From Klebsormidium nitens (Eukaryota; Plantae; Klebsormidiophyceae), in NCBI GenBank assembly GCA_000708835.1, contig DF237571.1, positions 1 through 50,243 on the forward strand: 50,243 nucleotides of DNA, given 5' to 3'. Numbering within the stretch: the stretch's first letter is position 1; each line of letters opens with the position of its first letter. The notes under the pieces were generated by a model. The model was not told the origin of the DNA and searched no databases. It saw only the letters and a list, made by a program, of their open reading frames with translations. The translations under genes were made by a program, and so were the position numbers. Positions 1-17,700 of this stretch are shown here, piece after piece.

Positions 1-554
1 CCGGACTCTTATATCTTCGGACTGTTGGCGTTGCCGACCCATTTATACCGGGCTCGTGTGTGTGTGTCCTCTCTTCCCTGGGGTACGGATTCGGGTCACG
101 TGCAAACCGTGAATTCGAACCAACTCGACTTTGACGAAGGAACGCGCGCATCATACTATACCGACATGTGGAATCTTCAGAGTCCAGGGTGCCCGGATGA
201 GCATTTTAAAAATTTTGTTCGACTGACCAGCCAGACTTTCAAAGTCCCCGGGCAGACACCACCGTGCCAAAAATCCGTGGAAATAATGACCGAATGCGCG
301 CGCTGTACAAGCAATGTGCGCGCGAAGAGTCAGATCATGGGTTTGCGCTGACTCCAACGCAGGGCAGAAGACATTAGAATCTAGATCCGCGGAAGAGGAT
401 CGATCGGGCGCCTGCCTGAGCCTGAGGTTCAATCAGAAAATCGAATTTACAGCAGAGGCATCGGGGCAACAGGAGTTTGAGGAGGCGCACCTACCTATCA
501 CGCAGGAGCACCATTGGCATTGAAACGACTTGCTGTAAAGCCTCCAGTCCGTTC

Positions 555-1250
555 TCAGCTACCAAAGTTCTGGGTAAATCTGATTGTTACGATGGCATCT
601 TCTGTGGCGTCAAGAAGCGTATTTAGGGGCATCAGCTCCCTGCAGGAGACTTGTAGATCTGTGAGCGAGCAGCGGACTTCTGTTGCCAAACCGTTTGCCA
701 GAACCTCTTTGAAAGGTAAGGTCATTTCGGTCAATCTGGGATGTAGTCTGAGTACGCCGCGGTTTCTATCCTTTTGACACCTTTTGAGCCGCTTCTCTTG
801 CTTGACCATCAGGCAACGCGGTGGTATTTCAATTTTACGGAGGATGTTGATAAATGCATTCAACCAGGTAGCAGCTTGGCAAGCCTGTAAATACATGTAG
901 AGATATCTTCCTAGAGATGCCAAGAATCTCTTTTTGCATTGAGAGCGCACAGCTACCAGCTCATTCCAAAATGTAGAGAGCGCACAGCTACCAGGATATT
1001 CACAATGTAGTGGCGAATTCTCAAAAGATGGTCCTCATTTAGTTTGACAGTGGTAGAAGGGCGAACCGGTCTCCCAGATCTTTTCACATGTGCACTTATA
1101 ATCCAAGGTATTGGTGAATTCAAGCGCAGACCTACTTCCCATTTCGCTGGTTTGCTCGATCTCATTGATCATTACTTGCTGTCCACCAGCAGGATGTACA
1201 CCATCCGCACCACTTCGGACACTGAAACGGGGGTCCAGCACATTCCTTGG
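555..1250 (-). pseudogene. Interrupted reading frame with a degenerate SWIM-like zinc finger; possible Mutator/MULE transposase remnant
   Basis: ORFs 1035-1241 and 555-950 are in the same frame, separated by one stop. The frame contains CTCEKIWETGSPFYH (CxCx6GxP[C]xH spacing with the third Cys as Phe, TTC vs TGC) and a 19-bp direct repeat (941-959, 976-994). Confidence 0.3.
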
Positions 1251-1817
1251 GGCTTCTCACAAGTCGTTCCTCCCTTCTCTTCCTCCAAAGCCAGTCCGGT
1301 GAGAGTCACTAGAGTTTGGCCAGAAAATATCTCCAAGTCTCTGGCTACCTAAATGGAGCGGGTTTCTGATATCCTAGCTTCCGTTGGTCAGGATCCCGCA
1401 CGAGTGCAAAGTGGTCTGTGTGTATCGGCATTACAATGCCACATTGAAGTTTTGAGCTGGATCCGGTCGGCGCCCTATAATAGAGAAACTAATGCGCTGA
1501 GAGTTATGCCAAGCGGCTTTTGGTAATGGTGTTCCATTTGCAACGGGTACTGAACATCTGTTTTTCCATTTTTGTCTTCGCTGACTTCGCAGCCTCCTCT
1601 TCCTTTGCCTTCATGCATTGGCCTTAGATCTGGGCCACCGCGTCGATCGAGTCTGATTGGCAGCTGTTTGTGGAATATTCACTTGACTGCATGCAGTCCA
1701 ATAGCAATGCATTGCTGGCATAGAGGAGCATTGAGCCAGACAGGCAACGAACGGGATCGTTCGCAAGCATTTCATCCCTGAAGTTCTCACCTAATGCTGG
1801 CGTTCTGATTACTCTAG

Positions 1818-4800
1818 GGCTACCAGGCAGAGCGGTGTGTGTCGAGCCGAAAGTGTTGGGGCTATTGGTGGAGGTGGGGCCGTGAAAGAGCGCAGCCATT
1901 TTGAGAAAGTTGTTGAGCTACTCACAACAATGTTCCCAGTCTGGGTAAGTATTTTGCATTGTCTGCACGGCTTAGCGAGCTTGGAATCTGACACGACGGT
2001 GCCTTGTCCGCGATGATGCCCACTTTCAGCACCTTCTCTCCAACGTGTTTGCTTCATGCGATGTAAGCAAATATTTGGCGCGGTTGGTCGTATTGTGGAA
2101 GGGCAGTACTTCAGTGTTTGACGGCCCTCTTGTTCACAAGCTTCGCTTCGCAGAGTCGCCTACTTGAAGTACGCGCCATGCCAATAGGAAATTGTCTGGT
2201 TATCTGTCGATGAAAACAGATTGTAACTGCATTGCATGCACCCACGATCCATGCAGCAACTGCTGAGCGCTCAAGCTGATTGCACGGTCTGTTTTGCAGA
2301 TTATCATTGGAACGGTTGTTGGTTTGTGGCGGCCAAGCTATGTGACCTGGCTGAGCTCGGACCTCTTCACGCTGGGCCTGGGCTTGCTCATGCTCTCCAT
2401 GGGCCTTACCCTCTCAGTCGACGACTTTCGGCAGATCGCCCGCAATCCTTGGACCATCCTGTGTGGTTTTGTCGCCCAGTATTTTGTGAAGCCGCTCCTC
2501 GGTTTTGCGATCGCTCAAGTAAGGGGCCCTACACTTCAACTTGGCTCGTCTCGACCGTGACAGTCAGATTTGGCCTACGTCATCAATGCATTAAGATTGT
2601 CAAGTATCCGTGTCCAAAGTTGCGTCCTATGTTGTCAATGTGACACCCTTGCAATAGACTGTGTGGCACTGCTATTTGTGGAACAGAGACAGCTTTATTG
2701 AATATTCAAACGTGAAGATCGCGCCCTCCACCAGGTTCTGACCCAACCCATCATAGGGCCACATTGTTTCTTGCCACTTGCAGCAGGCTAAGCACCAACT
2801 CTAGACCATTTCATTCTTCCATAATGGATTTTGCGAACGGGTGACTCCTTTCTGCAGGCTATGAACCTCCCCGCCCCCCTAGCTACCGGCCTCATCCTGG
2901 TCTCATGTTGCCCGGGAGGGCAGGCGTCCAACGTGGCCACCTATATTGCTCATGGAAATGTGGCTCTTTCTGTCGCGATGACGACGTAAGCAACACATGG
3001 ACCTGCACTTATTTCATGCAACACTCTGCTAGAAGCTGTAGTTCCGCCAACCAACGCTGAGAAGTCCTGCAGTAGTTGCGAGCGGACAGATTGCGAATTG
3101 CCTTGCCGGAGTTGCTCATGGCTGGGCAGCTACAAGCTGGACTTTGGACTGGTCGTGCGAGATGGTCCTGTGAGTTGGCACCTGAGTAGCCCCAAGGGCT
3201 TGCAAGTAATTGTGTGCTCTTGAATATCTTGTGCGCAGGGCTTCCACAGTTGCTGCTATCATGATGACTCCTCTTCTGACCAAGGTGCTGGCGGGGCAGC
3301 TGGTTCCAGTTGACGCCGTGGTAAGCAGCATTGGGGACACTGGAGCAAGTTGCTAAGAGGCCAAAATGTGGAACAAACCTACGTATGAACAAACCTACGC
3401 ATGATTCCGCCTACATTTTAGTTGCTCAGCTTCAATTCGTATCTTCCGACAATTAGCACAGTTTCAATCCACCGGATCCATCTTTGGTCTCTTTTGACAA
3501 CTCCATCAATCTCAATAGCTCACAGTTACAGGTTCGTCCTTCTTGCTTCAGTTGCCGTGGGCCCACATCCCTGCAAACGGGACTGTAGTCCTTGTCATAT
3601 CCTACTTCGTGTCTTAAGCAAGCTTGTCTCGACTTCGTCTCAAGCTTCTTTCGATATCAATTCTGCCTCCTGACTGACATGATCAGAATGGGACGACTTG
3701 GTGTTTTCTCCTTAGGAAAAAGGATGGGGGGTTTCGACAGGTCCTGACATGACAGCCTGCCCCTTTGCTGCAGGGCCTTGCGTTGAGTACCTTCCAAGTG
3801 GTCCTCCTTCCCACAGTTGTTGGAGGTGAGAGAATGAAAGCCCTTCGCTTCGCGCATTTGAACTTGAGGTGATGCAGATGCGCAAAGGATGGGCTCTGGT
3901 CATGAAAAGGGTACGACCAGAGCCATGTCTGCACCCTTTGGCAGTCGTCTGTGTATACCCGTGTGCACCGAGTCTGATTAAGTAATCTCTTCGAGGTATA
4001 TCTGGAGAGTCTGAGTTGTTGTCTCCCTGTTTTCCTTAGCAACAAATGGATGTCAGGAATAAAGAGGCGCACATATGTGGCATTGCTAAGCTTCCCCGCT
4101 TCGTATCTGTGTGCAGTTGTGGCCCACGAGTGCTTCCCGAAATTTACTGCGAAGATTTCGACCTTCACCCCCCTCATCGGAGTTATCCTAGTGACCCTTC
4201 TGTGCGCCAGCCCTGTAAGCCCGAAACTTCACGCAACTACAACATTGACAGGTCCCAGTGCATATTGCATTCTGTGAAGCTGGCCAGGCTGAAGTCCGCT
4301 TCAGCAGCCCGTATCTCTTTGCTCAGGTCTGTCAATTATGTCGAATCGTAGTATACAAGCGGTAACCAGAAGGCTCCTCCACGTCCATAAGCGCAGCCCT
4401 TTGCATGCTTGCTGTGTTTCTTGCAAGCTGCCCAAAACGGTCGACATCTCTGCCTTGAAGTCCCGGGTCTGGCCAAGGGTGCAGCTTTGATTCTGCCTCA
4501 TACTATATCCTGTGCTGGTACCTCCTCGATTCACCTTTTCTGTCTGGCGCTTGGCTCACTTGACTGTGACGTCGTCTCTGTTGTGCAGATTGGTCAGGTT
4601 GCTGACGTCTTGATGACGTCAGGTGCCTCCCTGATCTGGCCCGTGCTGGCCCTCCACACGTTTGCTTACGGCCTGGGTTACTTCCTCAGCAAAATTGCAG
4701 GGTTCGGGGAGAAGACTTCTCGAACAGTATCCATTGAGTGTGGCATGCAGGTGAGTTTGGAACAGCCCCACGGTTGCAGCCTTCCTGGACCCTTGGTGTC

Positions 4801-5627
4801 GTGGCGTTTGCTGGTGTCATGGCGTTTTGGTACTGGGGTCTGTTAGGAAATGCCTCTCACGACAAGGCTTGTTGGAGCTTCTCACCGAAGACGGTCCAGT
4901 ATCTGGGACTTTCTGCTGGCTGATGGAAAATCAAGCTTGCTCAGACCCATTCTTACCAACACAGGTCGTTTGTCTGGGTCTAAGAGCGTCGTCAGAAGCT
5001 GCCAGTCGCATTTCAGTTAACAGCAGGCAGCTGTGCTTCCTAGCGGATCGGCCAAACACAGCCCTCTCCCAGCCGCTGTACTCCTTGAGCCGCGACAGTC
5101 AGCACACCAATCTATCTCTGCTTGACATCTGCTCCGTCGTTTCGTCCGCAGAGCTCTGCCCTCGGCTTCCTGCTTGCTCAGAAGCACTTCAGCAACCCGC
5201 TGGTGGCCGTGCCGTCGGCAGTCAGTGTTGTCTGCATGGCGGTAAGAGCGCCCGCCTCAACCTAACGTATTGACATGCCTTGTTTGGCTTCACGAGATGG
5301 ATGCTTGTATGTCGTTTGGGCAATGGAAGATAAGTCGACTCGAGTCTTTTGGAAGGACTCGAGCGACAACTTTGGATGACAGTCCAGGAGTGCCTGGCCC
5401 AGGTGCACCTTGCTTCTAGGTCCGCTTTGTCCCAAAGCCTTACGCAGGTTGCCTGTACCCTTTTTGCCGTCAAACGTACTTTGTCCTCGGTACTGGAATC
5501 TGTGTACCGATTCACAGATTCTGCCTGTCCTTTACCTGCGCAGCTCCAAGGCGCTCTCATTGCCGTGGTTTGGCGGAATCAGCCTATCGCTGCTACCGAT
5601 AAGGATGACTTTGTAGCAATTGCCTAG
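1818..5627 (+). CDS. BASS2: Bile acid:sodium symporter family protein, BASS2-like plastid Na+/pyruvate transporter (at least 9 exons; N-terminal transit-peptide exon(s) not resolved, start approximate)
   Basis: GT-AG exons join to give ...[15 protein letters not shown]|[38 protein letters not shown]...|...[29 protein letters not shown]|...[11 protein letters not shown]|[30 protein letters not shown]|[27 protein letters not shown]. The [10 protein letters not shown] and SIECGMQSS motifs and the DKDDF tail are typical of plant BASS2. Confidence 0.9.
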
Positions 5628-6726
5628 GGTTGAATAAGTTGACCCCTGAAGCTGTGCAGACATTTTTTGTAAGGTAGGCGCTATTGTGTTGCTAAGTGCG
5701 TTGGAAGGGTGGCTTGCTCGACCATGAGTACCTGAGATAGACAGTCTTGTTAAGCAGTCGCATTGGAACGTTGAGGTCATCCTATCATGGAGCGGAATCT
5801 TGGATCAAGCAGACATCACTGAAGTTCGCGGCTAGGAGCCTTGTGGAAATGATGGAAGTCGAAAGTGACATGATTGACCATGCTTGTATAGTCTCTCATC
5901 ACGATGGATCACAAGGGTAAATGTCGTTGCTATGCTGGAGTAGTACGTTCTCTAGTTGATCACGGGGTAATGATCATCGGCCTATGTAAAAGGCGCACTT
6001 AAAAAGAAACGCATGTGCACGTTCGTGCCAGCCCGCACACGGCACAATTTCAAACCCGCTCAACGAGGAGCAAAATAAATAATCAGTTTTGGGAATTGTT
6101 GCATAGTGCGTGCTTCAGTTTCAAAAGCTAGCTCACAGCTGTAACAGCGCTCGATCGGGACGGACGGTCAGTCCAAAACTACCTAGACCAAGTGCTCATG
6201 CGACGCTGCACGTGTACGTTATATAGTACAGTGATCCTTATGAAAACTTATTAACACCTGGAACATGTGCACTTAATGATGCACATGGGCGCGCATTCTA
6301 CAATGGGGATATATATCATGCCGATCGAGTGCAGTTACAGCTAATTCTAGGTATATATAGTTTCTTTCACAAATTTGTGAAACTCAAAATCCGGCATTTG
6401 TGATTATACGCGACCCAGATCCATCTATAATAAGGTGCATGTTGACGGTATAGGTATGTCATGTCCAGATCGCATGAATCCAACAAGCTCTGCAATCATA
6501 TGCCTTGCAATGAATGATCGTCTCATGCGATTGCCACCGTACATGATCGGAGATGACTACGAAACCGTTGCTCCTCTCGATCCGCAGCCTCGTGCATTGC
6601 ATGCCGCAGTGAATGCATGACCCACTCGTATTCTGCACATCCTGAGACTCGTGCTACATTCATGAACTAGGAATCTTCATTGAATGGAACAGCATATTAT
6701 AACCTTGGAGAATATGTAACGCCCCT

Positions 6727-9056
6727 TCACATAGGGTCAATAGGGGGACCACTAAGCTCGTGCTGTTTTGAGAGGCTCCTTTGCCCACCTTGGTTCTCCC
6801 TCTCCCCTTGCCTCTGCCGCGTCCCTTCTTGCAGTAGGCTCGCTAGCCTCTCTTTCACCAGCCTCTTCCCCAGGCTCTCGAGATGGAACCGGTCCGCAAC
6901 CAACAAGCGCCGCTGCGGCACTTTCGGCTTTTTGACTTTCTGCTTTGCCGCAGCTCGCCTATGGTCAAGTACGTCCGGTACTCCAATACCGAATGCCTGG
7001 CCAGGTTGCTGTCCTCGCCACAAGGGAAGCGCTCCTGCCCGGCCAAAAGGGTCCAGGCCAGGATGCTGCGGGGCGAGAGGGGACTGCCGCGGCTGCTGGC
7101 CGGGGTACTGAGGCAAAGCACTCGGGGGAAACAGGAGAGGCTGCTGCCACAGGGGGGCGTCCTTTCTGGCTGGGCCAGCGATTGGCCATGGCCCAGGAAA
7201 ACTTTGGGGCAAGGTGCCCAATCGGGGATCCATCTGTAGGTTCATATTTGACATGAGAGGAGGGATGCCAGGCGCGATGCCTCCTGCTTTCTGACGGCTC
7301 GGGATTTTGGGCACTGCTGATTGACTGGGGGTGCCTGCAGCGGCACCGCTTAATAGCCGTTGGATGTCCTCGGGTGTGGCATCGAACGGACGGTTTGCAA
7401 GTGGCGACCCAACGGGTGTGCCCGGGCGGCTGTTGGGGGCTGAGACGTCCCCCTCTTTCTTTTTTCTAGGAACCGCCGGCAGAGCGCCACTCTCGACAAA
7501 GCGCTGGATCTCAGCACGGGATCGAAAACGCTTGCCCTCGGGAGAGAAGTAGTACTGCAGGGAAGAGAGTAGAGAAACAGTGGACGGAATTAGACTCAAC
7601 ATGGAAGACGTGCCTTCAAATCAAGACGACATTAGGGGAGGGTACATAGCTATGTACCACAGAGGGCTCAGTAACTTCCTTCAAGCCAACTGGTAGATTG
7701 AGATAGATAACTGAGTGCGGGATCACGGTAACAGCAGACGACGCTGCATCCGATCTTGCTGAAGAAGACGTCGACCATAAAGGGATTTTGCGGATCCTCC
7801 GGCAGGCTGGATGGCATCCAAGCTCGACTTTCAAGGAGTGTATTCATGTGTGTGACTTCGACCAGGATGGGAGCTCTGGCTCCAAGGAAGTGCTCAAGAT
7901 GTCACAGCAAGGTACTGTGTCGACCTGGCAGGTCTTGCAACCCACAAGCCGGGTAGAGCCAGGTGTCTCGACAAAGGTGGAACGTGCTGCTCACTTTATC
8001 TTTGGTCCCTGCCGTTGCGCCTTGCCCGCGTACTTTCTCCTCCACTCTCCACCCCTCCGGCAGCCAGCTCGGCCGGCCCACCTCAACCCCCTTGGTGGGC
8101 GGGTATCGCTTACGTTTTGCAGCTGCCTGCCCGTCGGCGTCTTCGCCCCCTCCAAGTGGTCCCTCTGAGAACGGCGAGACCTCCCGGCTAAGGGGAGTGC
8201 CTGCTGCTGAGGCGGGACTGGTTTGGGGCTCTGCTGAACCAGGGCGGGGAGCCCCAGGCTCGGAAGCTGCCGCCCCCTCTAGCAGGGCGGTGCGGTCTGA
8301 TACTTCGGGCGGGGGAAGACTGGGCGAAGCTCTTCCAGCTGCGCCCCAAACACGGTTGGCAGCGGAGGTCTTTGTGAGCATGAGGCGCGGCTTGAAGGCG
8401 GGGGTAAGTGACCGGTTCTTTCTGGCGCCAATTTCAGAGTCAGAGGGGCCTTCGCCACTTGGCTGGGCTCGTTCTGCAGGGGACGTGAACAGGACATGAG
8501 ATGCAAGCTTCAATGGACAGCATTTTATTGAACACAGAAAAGGCTGGAGTCTCTTCATTGAACGGCGCAGTTTAATGCAGGAAGAAAACTTAACAAACAC
8601 AACGCAATCGATGGAAGCTTGGGAAACTGACAGGCGGAGGGCATAATACTGGGTGTCTCTTCCCCTGCGGAAAGAGGTCGGGCTTTGGGGCAGATGAACA
8701 ACTATGGCAAGCATACAAACACATGGATGGAAGCAGATGTCAGCAGAGTACAGTTTAAGCCATGCAGTGTACTGCATAAATGAGGAATCTGAGATCAAAC
8801 AATGTGGTTCTGCAAAATCCGCATTGCAACAAATTCAAACAAACCCAAACGAGATAAATGGCGTACCTTCCGCCTGTGGGATCTCCTGTACACCAATCTG
8901 CTTCTTCTTCTCCTCGACCTTGGCAATCTGCATCTTCAGGTCAAGAAGCTCTTGTTCCAACTCCCTCTTCCGTTTGCGCGCATCTGGCGATTTCGATGCC
9001 TGAGGATTGCCGCTTGGCCCCCGAGGCCTGTCCGCCCAAGAACTGTTGTCGTCCAT
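6727..9056 (-). CDS. Methyl-CpG-binding domain (MBD) protein, about 498 aa; exons 9056-8867, 8473-7995, 7554-6727
   Basis: A phase-consistent GT-AG chain rebuilds RPSWLPEGWRVEEKVRGQGATAGTKDK|YYFSPEGKRFRSRAEIQRFVES, which resembles the plant MBD5/6-type domain. It has an N-terminal basic/coiled-coil segment (RKRKRELEQELLDLK) and a Pro/Gln-rich C-terminus. Confidence 0.85.
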
Positions 9057-9531
9057 CTCAATAACAAGCCGTTCTTGATAGAAGCAGCTAGCTGAACCGC
9101 TAGGATTCAAGAACTGTTTTGATAAAGCACTGCTGAAATGGGCGCTTCTGTTCGAGAATCTGCTTGTACAGAACTACATTTCAATCAAGCTTTTTAAATA
9201 CATCAACTTCAAGAATTGGCATGTAGACATTGACACTCTCGTTCACGGTATTGGTTCAACACAGAAACGGGACTGGTCGTCAGGCAGAACGGGGATCCCG
9301 AGCCAGCTACAGCGCGATTGCCCGTAGTGCCGTTCAATATTGATAACGGTGCACCTAAGCCGGTGTTTGCCTTCACGGCACGAGACAATCTCCCTAGTGT
9401 CAAAGGCGACAAAACAAACATGCCTAGTTTTCGTCGCATTGCTTGTTTGGTGTGATTCTCGAGACCAGCTTGAACTCATCAGTCCTGCCGCAGTGCAGCA
9501 GCAGCACACTGCACAGCGTCAGTCGTTCAAA

Positions 9532-13305
<3,774 letters not shown>

Positions 13306-14732
13306 ACCAAGCTCAGGTGCCGAAGTTTTCATCAATCCGCAGCATCGAAAACTGCCTGTACCCAACGCCCATTGTTTTTGCTCGTATCGTCCTTTCGTAG
13401 TTTATCATTGTTGAGCTTGATGCGACTAGCAACCGAGTAGCGCTATAGTGAACCTCCGACTGATGTATCTTCTGTCAAGAAGACGCCCTTCTGTAGGTGC
13501 GTGTCTGTGTGTATGAGGGACGCACAATGACAGCTACTAATAGTACCATCAACCGTCCGAGCTAGGCCAATGTAGCATCCGCTTTTGAGCTAGTATTCGG
13601 GCAGGTCTGGATCATCATCTCCAGGCCCATATGCATACGCAGGTGGGACAGTATCTAACCAGTCTCTCAAGGGTAACTCGTTACTCTGGGTCAGCTCGAC
13701 TCGCTTGTCCTGCATGCAGCATATTCGACAAAAGGTGATTATGTGCGACAGTTATTGCTAGCGAATAAGATTCTCATGTCATGTAACTGGCGCCTGGCAG
13801 TCTGGCGTTCTCACATTACATATATAGCTGAGTTTACATGTGTGCGAAGTGGCATGCAGACTGCAGGCAGCTATAGATTGAGTCATGTTGGTCCATGTAC
13901 GTCCATGCATAAACGACGCGCGATCTGCATGATCGTTCAGCTGACCGCACGTGACATGCAGGCATATGATCGGGTGTACCACATCTCCGATCCACGGTCA
14001 TTTTGGAGGCGCCATGCTTCAATCTATAGTTGGACGCTCGCCGAGATTTATGCCAGCAGCTACAGCGTAACATGTTGCATAAGATGCAAGTTAGCCGTTC
14101 ATACACGTTTATATAAATCACTCCAAATGATTCACGTGCTATATAGAAATCATAACTAGCTTGCAACCCAACACCATCATGCAATGCATTGCACTATGGC
14201 TGCCGTTCAGACCAAGGGTAATTCCGACCGAAATGGTGCATGCATTTCCATGATTCGATCCCTAGCAGTTTAGCGGCCAAGTGAAATTGACGACGATCGA
14301 CATGCATTCTGCTGATTGGCCGGCACATCTGGGAACTTAACTCTTTTGACAAAAACGGGACTAACTCTACAACGGTTGTTTCGGGGACTTCAGAGCCGGC
14401 TTTCAGATTTTGCCTTTCGTAAGAGCCTAGCTCTGGCAAAGGCACCAGAAAACGTCGTCAATAAATCCGCACCTCCCCCCGAAGCTCTGATCCAAGCTCT
14501 GAGCGGCTCATAGAGCAGTTGTCACGACAACTAAAGAGCTATTCTGCATATATTACCCAAAGCCAACTTACAAAGCTCAATACCATAAGAAACTTCACCA
14601 ATCCTCTTTGGCGACCTCTTCTCTGCAGTGGACCTAAGACTTCCTGTTTGAAATCTACCGATAACGTGCCAGAAACCAAAATCCGACTGTAAAATTTGGT
14701 ACGACTTGGCTTGGGCGCAAGGGGCTTCTTCT

Positions 14733-17700
14733 TCAGTCCCCACCGGCCTTGGGAGCAGGCCCGCCTTGCAGCGGCTTGAGGGCGACCATGATGTCGGCAA
14801 ATGATGGCCGCTTCTGCGGCACCCTGCAGACATACCGTGACATGTCAACAAATGCCGCAAACTGCGCTTACAGAAGATACCGCCAGAACAGTGACCTCAT
14901 ACGCTGGTGCATGAAAGCCCTTTCGGACAGGCTACAGGCTGCAACACCACGGGCTTTGCAGCGGATGATACAACGAGATTAGCGTTAGGATGCCCCACGG
15001 CCCTGCGACTGATGGCGCCGAATCACACGAAAGCAAAGATGCAACGCTACAAGGAAACACACAGGCGGCTCGAAATCTCAGCAAGTGCTTTTCCTAAAAG
15101 CAGACCAGGACCGCGATACAAAATCAACTCGCACAACAAGCGCGCGCGGCGTTGCTCACGTGTGCCAGCAGGCGGTGATGAGTGTGGCGAGCGCGGGGTC
15201 GATGTTGTCGGGCAGCTGCAGTCTGCGCTCCTGGAAGCCGACGGCGCCGACGACCTGCATGGGGTTCAGCCCGTTCCAGGGCTGCTCCAGCGTGATGAGC
15301 TCCCACATGATCACGCCGAAGCTGTACACGTCCGCCTTCTCGTCGCTCGGCTCGTTCTTGAGCACCTCGGGCGCCATCCACTCGGGCGTGCCCGCACTGC
15401 TCTTGGACGTCAGGAACGTCGCGTTCTTCAAGCGGGACAGCCCGAAATCGCACACCTGCAGGGCGGAGAAGGGCGGGCGGTCAGGCACAGAAGGAAGCGC
15501 GGACACCAAGGCAGTGTAGACTCCAGTCCCTGAGTAGCGGTCATTGAGCACGTCTTCGGAAGGACTTGAGTAGCACTCACTGAGCACGTCTCCGGAAGTT
15601 CGCATGGAGGTATGCTCTCAGAAGAACTGGGAGGAGGCCAGCCCGAACCTGTTGCCACCTTAGAGAAGACACTGCTAGAGTGCACCTCGCTTTCTGTCGA
15701 CTTTTCTTCTGTGCAACAAAGGGAACAATCTGACACAGTGTGAATCAATCTACTGGGATGTGATGGTGCACGTTAGAGGCGCTCAGCAGAGGGTAGGCCG
15801 GCATGCGCGCACGGGGCTCACCTTGACGGTCCAGTTCTTGTCAACAAGCAGATTGGGGCTCTTGAGGTCGCGGTGCACAATGGGCGGGGAGGAGCGGTGC
15901 AGGTAGTTCATGCCCTTGGCCACGTCCATCGCCATGCGCATGCGCTTGCGCTCGTCCAGCACCTGCGCGCTGTTGGGCCGGTGCAGGATGCGGTACAGGC
16001 TGCCCCTGCACACAATACCGCATGCAAAGCAGTGAGACGGGGCCAGACTCATTGTGCGCTGAGTCGCATGTGCTTTAGAATATCATGATGTAGTGCAACG
16101 GACAAGGACAAAACTCGAAGCAGCCAATCCTCTTTGCTGCTAGTAGACCAGCGGCGAGCAGCAAAGCGGTTCGTCGACCTGCTCGTGACCTACGGGGAGC
16201 AAGTCTGACGGATCGAGCAACCAAGCGCGACATCGCCACGCAACCTGCAACCCTTATGCGGGATGCCCTTGATCTTCTCTCATCCTCTTACACCCTGCGC
16301 TCAAAGAGGAACCTTGTGAGGGGAGTTGCGCGCTCACCGCTGGAGAAACTCGGTGACGATGGAGAGGTTGGGCGGCTTGGTGACGGCGCCCATGAAGAGG
16401 ACGACGTTGGGGTGGCGGCAGCGGCGGATGATGTTGAACTCGGCCTTGAAGTCCTCGATGGCATCCTCGCGGAAGTCCTGGTCCAGAAACACCTTCACCG
16501 CCACCTCCGACCCCTGCCAGTCTGCGCGGTACACCTTGCCGTACGACCCTGCGGGCGGAGACCAGGCCACAGTGAGCTGACACATGAAAGGGCACCAGGC
16601 GACTTGCCAGCAAGTCACTTGCAGTCCAGAGATGGCCTGTGAGCAATTTTCCTTCGTGTGGCGTTTTTAGCAAGTTCGCAAGCCAGGGCTCCCAACCCGT
16701 CAAAGTATGACCACTCAGCAAACAGCAAGGAAGCCATCGCATCTACCTCATGCATGCATGCCTATCCTTCGTTAAGCCTTGTATGCATGCATGCTTATCT
16801 CCATTGATCAGCGACAGCTGGATGCAGGGTGCGGTGCAAAACTCGATAAGAAGAAGCAGTGCTGCTCCGAACCGATTCTCGAACCACTCGACCGAAATCT
16901 AGGCCTTCCTGAAAGCACTCTCTACTCAAGACCTGTAACGCCCCCTCCCTGGCTGCCGCCACCCCCGGCCCCTCACCTGCTCCGATCCTCTCGCCAATGA
17001 CCAGCTCCCTCCCAGGGGTATCTCCCACCTCCGCTCATGGCGTCCGTCTTCTGCTCCGCTTTCTTCTCCGCCCAGATGGAGCTCTCCGCCCACTGCGCCC
17101 CCCGGTTTATCAGCGACTTGCGCACGCTGGGGGGCGTGGCCCGCTTGGCGGCCTCCGCCTCTTCCGCCTCCCGTCCACTTGTGCTAGCCTCCAAGCCAGC
17201 GCCCCTGCCTGCAACCACCCCTTCGGCCCCACCGCCAGCCTCCGCAGAGGCGGCCTTCTCGCCCCCCTCCTCGTGCTTGCCAACCCCAGCATCTCCCCCC
17301 TGGCTGTTCTTGCTTGCGGGGTTCTGATTTTCCTCCCCCTCTTTCCCTTTGTCTTGCCCCCCCTGCGAGCCGTCTGAGCTGGCGCGGGGGTAGAGCGGCG
17401 AGGTGACGTTGCGGTGGAAGGGCGTGGAGTTGGGGGGCCCATCCGGCTCGTCCAGGATGCCGGGCTTGGTCAGGATGTTCACGACGTACTCGCGGTCGTC
17501 GATCTGCACCACGCACGACGCGCTGTCCTCGCGCTGGCAGTGCTTGCACCCACGCACCAGCCGGCAGGGGATGCCAATGCTGTCCGCCAACACCTGCAGG
17601 GGGGAGATGCCAAGCACAGGTGAGAAGAGAGAGGGAAGCCGGCAGAAGAACGCCAAATACTGTGTTTCTGTGTCCTCCTGCTACAGGAGTGCGAAATAAC

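Noticed and set aside
941-994. 19-bp direct repeat with a 16-bp spacer as a mini CRISPR; likewise the 24-bp and 36-bp tandems
   Set aside because: Each has only two units, spacer sizes are wrong, there are no cas genes, and the context is eukaryotic.
15156-15605. In-frame upstream extension of the DFG exon through the 36-bp repeat as an alternative exon
   Set aside because: It would insert about 50 aa between the catalytic loop and DFG of a conserved kinase, and a strong acceptor (gccctgcag|) sits right before VCDFG.
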